This document shows, in pieces, positions 57,520 through 64,000 of a stretch of 64,000 nucleotides of DNA. The DNA comes from a virus (taxonomy: Duplodnaviria > Caudoviricetes), in the IMG/VR virus record IMGVR_UViG_3300032293_001439, positions 5,290-69,289 of that record; one strand, 5' to 3'. Each line of letters begins with the position of its first letter. Position 1 is the stretch's first letter. The translations under genes and the position numbers were made by a program. The notes below the pieces were generated by a model. It had not been told where the DNA came from, did not search any database, and saw only the letters and a program-made list of their open reading frames with translations.

Positions 57520-58365
57520 TCAGCTATCCGTTGTTTTCTTCTTACGTTTATCTTTCTTCTCTTCGTCAGAATCATCTTCTGTAATATATTCCACCGTGGG
57601 AACATAATTACCGAATTCATCTAGGAGGTTGCCATCTTTATCTACACGCTTACCTTCGCTGTTTAGATAGTAACCATTTTTGTCTATTCTGCGACCTTCT
57701 AAATCTACCGTTTCGCCAGACTGATTTACTAGACTAAGATCCTCATTGACGTAATTAAACATCTTAAGGAACTTATTTTCTGGCAATTTGGCTTCGAAAT
57801 CTCTGTCCACAGAATATAGCATTCCCGCGAGCGTAGAGGCCACGGTAAATGCTGGTTCAGCGTCTGCCCTAGACTGATATTCCTCTAAGGAGTTATACAC
57901 TTTCTGTCCATTTTCATAAAATGCACAATTTGCTACAAGGTAGTCAAAACGAGCATTATCTGAAATAGATTCGGCAGTATTTTGCTCTAGAGAAATACGA
58001 TCCGCGATCAAGTCTCGTAATTCTGCTCTTTTCATTCTCATTTTAATGGCAATATCTTTGCCTTCTGAAGCTTTTAGCTTTGTGTGACCTTGCGAGCCTA
58101 CATATAGCTGTTTTTCTAGCGAGGCGATTTCTTCAACAAGGGTCTTCTGCTCCTTGTCTTTGCCATCGTCCCAAATACCTTGCTCTTTCATAAACTTTTC
58201 TAATTCTTTTTTGGTCATAATTCCATCTCTAACACAGTCTGTCCAAGCCTTGGCTCCGACTCTTTGTGCCTGTGAAATAGTGACATTATTTGGCTTTTTA
58301 ACAACAACTTTTGTCTTATTGCCATTAACGTCTGCTTCTACGACTTTTTCTTTATCCTTGCTCAT
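57520..58365 (-). CDS. Probable tail assembly chaperone
   Basis: Immediately upstream of the TMP; charged and helical; strong AAAGGAGG SD; C-terminal 7-residue D/NxxG repeats. Confidence 0.6.
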   Translation of the reverse strand: MSKDKEKVVEADVNGNKTKVVVKKPNNVTISQAQRVGAKAWTDCVRDGIMTKKELEKFMKEQGIWDDGKDKEQKTLVEEIASLEKQLYVGSQGHTKLKASEGKDIAIKMRMKRAELRDLIADRISLEQNTAESISDNARFDYLVANCAFYENGQKVYNSLEEYQSRADAEPAFTVASTLAGMLYSVDRDFEAKLPENKFLKMFNYVNEDLSLVNQSGETVDLEGRRIDKNGYYLNSEGKRVDKDGNLLDEFGNYVPTVEYITEDDSDEEKKDKRKKKTTDS

Positions 58366-58376
58366 TTTTTCCTCCT

Positions 58377-58706
58377 TTAATTTTGTGGTTTTTGAACAAC
58401 AGGAATTTTAATTGAATATCTTAGCCACTCAACTTCGTACTGTGACAATTCAGCATCAATGTTGCGAGCTTGATTATTTCCTCTATCTAGTATCTCTGAT
58501 CTTACTTTATTGTATAGATCTTTCATGGCTTCTTTAGTCAGTGCGGGTTTTGAGTCATCCCATAGAAAACCAAAATTTTCTTCTATGCTACTTAAAGCAC
58601 CGATCATTGTGGTTTGAATTTTCTTCTTGAGAATTTTTGACAACCTTTCTTTAGATTCAACTTTGTACTTTTGTTGTCTTATTTTTTTATATTCTGGTTG
58701 ATCCAT
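58377..58706 (-). CDS. Hypothetical protein
   Basis: GGAGG SD, TAATG coupling to the upstream gene. Confidence 0.7.
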   Translation of the reverse strand: MDQPEYKKIRQQKYKVESKERLSKILKKKIQTTMIGALSSIEENFGFLWDDSKPALTKEAMKDLYNKVRSEILDRGNNQARNIDAELSQYEVEWLRYSIKIPVVQKPQN

Positions 58707-59761
58707 TATCGTCCTCCTTTTACATTATTCCTCATTTGATTTGTAATTTGCATTTGCATTTTTTGTTTTTCATCAGCAAAATCATGCTGATAAGCACCAT
58801 TCTTTTGTTTAATAACTTCGAATCTTTGTTTTTTGATTAATTGAGATACAGAATCGTTCATCGAATCTACTTTACTAATGCTATCTTTATCATTTGGATC
58901 AACAACTACGTATACCTCGCCAGCGTTCTTAATTTTATCATTTCTTGTGCCGCTCTCAAAATCCTTTTCTAATTTTTCCTTTTCGCGCTTCTTAGCTTGA
59001 ATTAAAAACCACCCATCTAATAAGTCATCGTCTTTTATAACATCGTCATTTGGACAATCCATAGACTCTTGTATGTTGTCGTATATCTGTGACCAAATAA
59101 CAAGATTTTTCTGGTTTAATGTTAGCTCTTGGTTGTCCTCATTATAGAATAGTTTTTTGATTCCATTGCTCTTAATCGACCATAAAGATTTCCAAGGTTC
59201 TTCTCTTGCTAATTCTCTTATAATACCTTCAGATAAAACCGAGCTTTGCCACTCATCAACAATATAAGAAAGGGACGCATCCTTAAAGTCATATAGTTTA
59301 TCGTCACAATATGTTGAATTTTTTATAATCCAAGATATTTTTTCAGATAGTGCGTATCCTTCTCTAGAATTTTGATAGTATATAGATTTTTCTCTCAAGT
59401 GTTCTGACATTTGTTTTTCGCCAGCGCGAATATATAATCGTATACGCTCACGTAGCTTGGAGTCAGTTCTGTTGTTATAAATTTCTATCTTAAGTTTTTC
59501 GAGATCTTTTTTTAAACCTTCTGTTTTATTATCATGAGCCTTTGACCATAATCCATTTTGTAACATCCAATCATTGATTTCGTCTTCGCTCATTATTTCA
59601 TCAATAATGGCTTGTTCATAAGCTTTGTTGTATATTATAGAAGCTTTATAGCTTTGCTCTATTGTAAGCGGTTTTACCAATAATGTAAGATTATCTTTTT
59701 CAATATATAATCCGCCGAACCTTATCATAGAAATAAAAAACTCCCGCTCATGGTGTTTCAT
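58706..59761 (-). CDS. Probable tail assembly chaperone paralog with extra C-terminal domain
   Basis: N-terminal ~160 aa align by eye with the 57520-58365 product (IM...E...M.+.G+W; QN+.E). Confidence 0.6.
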   Translation of the reverse strand: MKHHEREFFISMIRFGGLYIEKDNLTLLVKPLTIEQSYKASIIYNKAYEQAIIDEIMSEDEINDWMLQNGLWSKAHDNKTEGLKKDLEKLKIEIYNNRTDSKLRERIRLYIRAGEKQMSEHLREKSIYYQNSREGYALSEKISWIIKNSTYCDDKLYDFKDASLSYIVDEWQSSVLSEGIIRELAREEPWKSLWSIKSNGIKKLFYNEDNQELTLNQKNLVIWSQIYDNIQESMDCPNDDVIKDDDLLDGWFLIQAKKREKEKLEKDFESGTRNDKIKNAGEVYVVVDPNDKDSISKVDSMNDSVSQLIKKQRFEVIKQKNGAYQHDFADEKQKMQMQITNQMRNNVKGGR

Positions 59762-59784
59762 AAAAACCTCATTTGCGGGAGTCT
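59732..59784 (-). promoter_or_regulatory. Hairpin sequestering the SD and AUG, followed by a U-tract (attenuator/terminator-like)
   Basis: mRNA ACUCCCGC-AAAUGAGGUUUUUAUGAAACACCAUGA-GCGGGAGU-UUUUU. Confidence 0.65.
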
Positions 59785-59832
59785 AGTATTGTTTATGTCC
59801 TTTAAAGTCCTAATCGAATTATAAATTAACTA

Positions 59833-60144
59833 TTACGCTGGCTCTGCCTTTACATTTAATAGCCCTAGTATTGTTGTGTTGTCGAATGCTAGGTCTACTG
59901 TAAAGGAGTATGTTCTTCTATATGTGCTTGCGTCTAATAGTGTCGATGCTGCTGATGAAGAAATATACGTCGGATCTCCGGTAGCTATAGCTTGATGTAT
60001 AGTTTCTAAAAGACCGAATATAATTTCTGTTGGAGTACCAGTTGCTGGCAATGAGCAACTTACTAAAGAACCGGATGGTATTGTTAAAGCAAAGCTACTA
60101 ATCGTAGCTCCGCTAAAAACACCAGTGATATGAGGTATAGCCAT
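59833..60144 (-). CDS. Small structural/hypothetical protein
   Basis: AAGGAG SD; directly downstream of the tail tube gene. Confidence 0.7.
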   Translation of the reverse strand: MAIPHITGVFSGATISSFALTIPSGSLVSCSLPATGTPTEIIFGLLETIHQAIATGDPTYISSSAASTLLDASTYRRTYSFTVDLAFDNTTILGLLNVKAEPA

Positions 60145-60159
60145 TTATGTTCTCCTTGA

Positions 60160-61227
60160 TTAAGCGTTGAATACGAATGGGGCGGTTATTGTTAAATCAT
60201 TATATGTTGAGAAGCTATATGTGATGCTAACATTACCACCACCAGCATCACCACCAGTATAATTTACAGATGATAATCTATTTTCATCGCCAAGATCGAA
60301 TGTTGTGCCATCTCTTAGAACAATCTTGATATTTTGAGTATTTGTATTATCACCATTTGTGTAAGCGTTAATGAAATCGCCAGAAACAGCAATAACCTCA
60401 AACTCGCTAGTTACTTCTACTGGGAATGTGGCACTTCTATAGTACGGCTCTTTGTGACCTAGTTCTAGAATGTCTTCACGACCAAGATCAGTGCTGATCG
60501 TAATATTTTGTATATGAGCTTTTGGCCTCTTGGTTGTAGCATCCCAGTTATTTCCAACTGTAGCAGATGCTCCAACTCCATAAATAGCTGTTGGTAGTAT
60601 AGAAGAAACCATTAGAACATCTTCTCTTCTTTGAATACCACCAGAACCAACTGGAGAATCATTATTAAACTTAAGACCTTGTGCTAAAGCGGTACTTTGA
60701 GTCCAAGAATCATTTAGGCCGGTAAACCAACCTTTGGAGTTACCTACTAAAGTAACTGATTCTGTGGAATTTCCATCAACTGGTAAAGTATAGTTTATTG
60801 AACTAACATACATGCCGCTCATGAATACTTCGACCGGAGCAGCGCCGCTTACTGCTTCTTTTTCATCGCTAAAAATGCCAAGAGCAACATTACATCTTTG
60901 CTTTGCTCTACCAACTAGACTATTTGTTGGTGGAGTGGCAAAGCTAGCACCGCTACTAGCCATATGATATATTAATGGATAACCATCTAATACTTTTTCG
61001 ATTGTTACTTCAACGTCTGGTAAACCTTCAATATTTTCATAAATAGAGATTTGACCTAATTCAAAGGCTTGCTCAAGATTAAAACTTGTATTGATACCTA
61101 CACTTTGAACGCCATGAACTGCTTTTAGCAATTCAGCCGGTCCGGGTCCGGGAGCAGTGTTACCAACTTGGTATCTACCTATAGCTACTGCTTGGCAAGC
61201 ATAAAAAATTCTATTATTAGCGGCCAT
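60160..61227 (-). CDS. Probable major tail tube protein
   Basis: GVQSVGINTSFNLEQAFELGQ and QNITISTDLGREDILELG (tandem tube-like domains); strong SD; position upstream of the chaperones and TMP. Confidence 0.7.
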   Translation of the reverse strand: MAANNRIFYACQAVAIGRYQVGNTAPGPGPAELLKAVHGVQSVGINTSFNLEQAFELGQISIYENIEGLPDVEVTIEKVLDGYPLIYHMASSGASFATPPTNSLVGRAKQRCNVALGIFSDEKEAVSGAAPVEVFMSGMYVSSINYTLPVDGNSTESVTLVGNSKGWFTGLNDSWTQSTALAQGLKFNNDSPVGSGGIQRREDVLMVSSILPTAIYGVGASATVGNNWDATTKRPKAHIQNITISTDLGREDILELGHKEPYYRSATFPVEVTSEFEVIAVSGDFINAYTNGDNTNTQNIKIVLRDGTTFDLGDENRLSSVNYTGGDAGGGNVSITYSFSTYNDLTITAPFVFNA

Positions 61228-61263
61228 TTAGTCTCTCCTTTAAGAGTGTGGAATTCTAATAAG

Positions 61264-61279
61264 ATATACACGAAATTAT
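61264..61279 (-). promoter_or_regulatory. Candidate late promoter motif ATAATTTCGTGTATAT (copy 2)
   Basis: Identical to 28551-28566; ends 36 nt before the tail tube ATG. Confidence 0.6.
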
Positions 61280-62250
61280 ATGTTTTCTTCTATAGTTTCA
61301 ACCGTTATTCGAACTATACCAGCATAAAAGTTGCTATTAACTAGGTCCATGCCTTGAACGGTCGAATTTTTTAGCCGTACTTTACCTCTAAAATGTTTTA
61401 GCACTAAATCTGGATATCTTAATGCTCCAGAAACCGGAATGCCTTTGTAGTCTAGCGGAAAATCGCCACTATTTGCTATAGAATTACTGTTGAACATATA
61501 GATGGTTTTCTCATTTTGTAGAGATATAATATCTACTAATTTGTTTCTAGTAAACTCATCTTCTGCTAAACAATGAAAAAGTATGTCTGTATCAACAAAC
61601 TGACCACCACCAAGTTGATATCCTCTAAGACTTCGTTTTGGTACAACTTCTATGGCTATTGCTGGTAATTGTACCCTATTTTCTGCTGGAAGATTAAAAT
61701 CGCCTTTACCATCAACATTAAATGATGTTGGAAAATCTAGAGTCCTATACTGTATTTCTCTTAGCCACGGTAAACTATTGGCGTATATAATATTAATGTA
61801 TTTGTAGCTATATTCTGCTTGAACAGTATTTCCACTGGACACTGGGCTATTAAATATGACCCGTCCATTATAGTAGTCTACTTTATGGGCATACGTGCCA
61901 ACCGTACTAGACGCATAAAATACATCATTTACATAAATACCAGATATTCCGGGAATAGCTCGATTTGTACCAACTATCGGGGCTGGACTATATGATACAC
62001 CACTTTGCCAAACCCAATTTTTTCTAAATCCTTCCCAAGCCAAACCGCTAGGGTAGTGCGGATTGGATGATGGTCTTAGTTTACTATAATCTTGACCATT
62101 TGGGGCTAATTCGTCCAATGTAACGTTTTGATAGTTGCCCTTTTGTAATAAGGCCCAATCTAAAAATTCGACTAGATTATCTTGTATCTCGTTTCCGAGA
62201 GTATTATCAGATACGCTATCAAAGCCTTTTAAGTTTAGATAATCTGTCAT
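61276..62250 (-). CDS. Putative tail terminator/completion protein
   Basis: QLPAIAIE...YQLGGG...ILFHCLAEDEFTRNKLVD pattern; position before the tail tube. Confidence 0.5.
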   Translation of the reverse strand: MTDYLNLKGFDSVSDNTLGNEIQDNLVEFLDWALLQKGNYQNVTLDELAPNGQDYSKLRPSSNPHYPSGLAWEGFRKNWVWQSGVSYSPAPIVGTNRAIPGISGIYVNDVFYASSTVGTYAHKVDYYNGRVIFNSPVSSGNTVQAEYSYKYINIIYANSLPWLREIQYRTLDFPTSFNVDGKGDFNLPAENRVQLPAIAIEVVPKRSLRGYQLGGGQFVDTDILFHCLAEDEFTRNKLVDIISLQNEKTIYMFNSNSIANSGDFPLDYKGIPVSGALRYPDLVLKHFRGKVRLKNSTVQGMDLVNSNFYAGIVRITVETIEENI

Positions 62251-62879
62251 CTAAGCGCCCTTTGTATAAGATCGGATATTTGCTGCTCTTGATTTGAGCC
62301 TATAAATGCTCTAGTAATAAAGTTATCAGATTCTGTGCCAGAAAATTGTGGTGGCACTCTAAAAGATCCGCCGCCTATCATATTTCCTAAACCAGATCTG
62401 CCCAAGCCAGTTTGTGGATTATATTGATAATTAACCACAATAATGTTATCGCCTCTTTTAAGTAACCAATCTAACCAGTGCAAGTCTCCACCGCGATATC
62501 TAGTATGACCATCTGGTAAAGATAATAGGTTATTAAAATCTGTTGGTTGAAATTGTAATTCTAATCCGCCCTTTAGTTTCTTGGTATACTTAACGAAATT
62601 TATACTTGTAGCATTTGCAACGGCTTGAACTATATTATTAACTATGGAGCTTACGGATTCTTTAATACCGAATTGTCCAGCCAATGACATTGGATCCGTT
62701 GACTGTAATGATAAAATTTCTGGCTGTGATAATATCCAAGAAGGTATTAAGGATTTTGCTGAAGTTTCTATACTTTTTAAATTTCTCGATATTCTATCAT
62801 TTACAGCATCTGCTATGGCCGCATTAATATTTTGTTCTATTTGTTTTTCGGTGTCTACTATATTAATAGAGAGAGTCAT
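62247..62879 (-). CDS. Putative neck/tail completion protein
   Basis: C-terminal DNFITRA resembles HK97 gp10-type ends; TAATG coupling gives a start at 62879. Confidence 0.5.
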   Translation of the reverse strand: MTLSINIVDTEKQIEQNINAAIADAVNDRISRNLKSIETSAKSLIPSWILSQPEILSLQSTDPMSLAGQFGIKESVSSIVNNIVQAVANATSINFVKYTKKLKGGLELQFQPTDFNNLLSLPDGHTRYRGGDLHWLDWLLKRGDNIIVVNYQYNPQTGLGRSGLGNMIGGGSFRVPPQFSGTESDNFITRAFIGSNQEQQISDLIQRALR

Positions 62880-63361
62880 TATACTCTTCTCCACATGCAT
62901 CCAAAATATCTATTTTGTCTAAGGCCCATTGGAATATGTTCGCCAACCCTTTCGAATCTTAATTCTTTATAGTCTTTGATGCTTTTATGTACTATCAAAG
63001 CTTTGGCGTTTAGAACTTTTGGCAAATCTGTCATAAATCCTATAGTCTGTATTGCGCCGTCTGGTAGAACTATATTTCCACCAACCCCAACCCAGTTTTT
63101 TTGATCCCAATAGACTTTTAACTTTATATCTGTTAACACTTCTACTTCTTTTATAACTTTATTGCTACGCTCATAATCGCCGCCACGAACACGGTGAGCA
63201 TTGATAGAGTTTTTTTCTATAACGTTATTGTTTGGATTATAGACAATTTCTTCCACTTTGTTTATTGATACTAATTGGCAAGTAACACCAAAAATATCAA
63301 AGGTGGAGTCTATAACATCATAATATTTGTCGAATACACTTTCTGGAACATATACTGGCAT
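62879..63361 (-). CDS. Putative head closure/head-tail adaptor
   Basis: Size, beta-rich pattern and gene order; AAGGTG SD. Confidence 0.45.
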   Translation of the reverse strand: MPVYVPESVFDKYYDVIDSTFDIFGVTCQLVSINKVEEIVYNPNNNVIEKNSINAHRVRGGDYERSNKVIKEVEVLTDIKLKVYWDQKNWVGVGGNIVLPDGAIQTIGFMTDLPKVLNAKALIVHKSIKDYKELRFERVGEHIPMGLRQNRYFGCMWRRV

Positions 63362-63372
63362 AAATCACCTTA

Positions 63373-64000
63373 TTACCAAGAAGATAAAGCGGATCTTTTC
63401 CAAGAATTCGTACTGATGCATACATATAAATAACCGCTATCCCAACAGATATCACCTTGATTACCAGCAGCGTTTCCAGAAGCTGGTGTTCTAGGATATG
63501 TGACCCTCATGGTATTTCCATAAAATTCTAAAGCAGAACCAGAAACGCTAGATGGATTAAATTTTGTATTTACTACCAATGCATTAGAAACTGTTCCATT
63601 AATATTGCTCACGCCAATATTAAAATTTGTTCCAGAGGATGTTGTGAATAATGAGTAGCCAAATCTACCAGAGTCATTAGTAGCAACTGTATCTATTAGC
63701 GTTACCGCACCTCCATATAAGCCAGAGGCTAAATATGATGCTTTACGCCAATTTCCACTTGTTAATGGATCGAACTGATTTGTGTAAGATGACACATTAC
63801 CATCTAAGCGTGATGTATTTATGCCCAACTTTTGATCAAAAACTAAGCCGCTGCCATTATTAACTACTGAAATATCTACATCTTGAATATCTTCAATTAA
63901 TAGTGGTCTAAATGATGGATAGTCTGGAGAACAAGGTGGTGTGCATCCACTGGCTGGGCCAGCAAATACTAATCCAGCATTTTGTTTTTTAAGAAGTATA
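63373..64000 (-). CDS. Fibre-like structural protein, C-terminal part (start lies outside the window)
   Basis: Frame is open to the window edge (VFAGPASG...PSFRPL); C-terminal TPAS..AG.QGDICWDSGYLYVC.STNSWKR motif typical of phage fibre ends. Confidence 0.7.
   Translation of the reverse strand, partial: ILLKKQNAGLVFAGPASGCTPPCSPDYPSFRPLLIEDIQDVDISVVNNGSGLVFDQKLGINTSRLDGNVSSYTNQFDPLTSGNWRKASYLASGLYGGAVTLIDTVATNDSGRFGYSLFTTSSGTNFNIGVSNINGTVSNALVVNTKFNPSSVSGSALEFYGNTMRVTYPRTPASGNAAGNQGDICWDSGYLYVCISTNSWKRSALSSW

Noticed and set aside
57485-57525. Readthrough or frameshift from the chaperone gene into the TMP
   Set aside because: Tandem TGA TAG stops, the TMP ATG is in another frame, and no convincing slippery heptamer was recognised.
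1-64000. Alternative genetic code, tRNA genes, or a host assignment
   Set aside because: Genes tile fully under code 11 with TAA, TGA and TAG all used as stops. Intergenic gaps are mostly too short for tRNAs and none was recognised. Nothing in the window identifies the host.

Overview
AT-rich (~33% GC by eye), gene-dense segment of a large tailed dsDNA phage genome in standard genetic code, organised as two convergent arms that meet at an intrinsic terminator (~27760-27795). The + strand arm (1-27.7 kb) holds a replication/recombination module: RecA, DnaB, DnaG, dNMP kinase, Cas4/AddB-like nuclease, SSB, and a DnaE polymerase split into two genes with a DnaQ exonuclease gene and an endonuclease VII gene between them. 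This is followed by a ~12 kb glycan-synthesis island (GT4/GT2/GT-D glycosyltransferases, WecB, FkbM, StrG-like oxygenase, RgpF-like). The - strand arm (64-27.8 kb) is a virion morphogenesis module: head-tail joining genes, tail tube, paired chaperone-like genes, a 2198-aa tape measure protein, a 3757-aa FG-GAP/LamG-like tail protein and other large tail proteins. No sheath gene is visible, which suggests a long non-contractile tail. Most notable observations: (1) a putative PD-(D/E)xK nuclease cargo inside the tape measure protein, bracketed by repeated [FY]AxGG/DTVPAML-PGEFV modules; (2) the intein-less split DnaE; (3) two paralogous tail-chaperone-like genes, one with an RBS/AUG-sequestering terminator-like hairpin, possibly replacing the usual G/GT frameshift; (4) a 16-bp identical candidate late promoter; (5) an integrin-like 7-blade propeller with large inserted domains. 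All family assignments come from motif recognition by eye; no searches were run. No tRNA, rRNA or CRISPR array was recognised.
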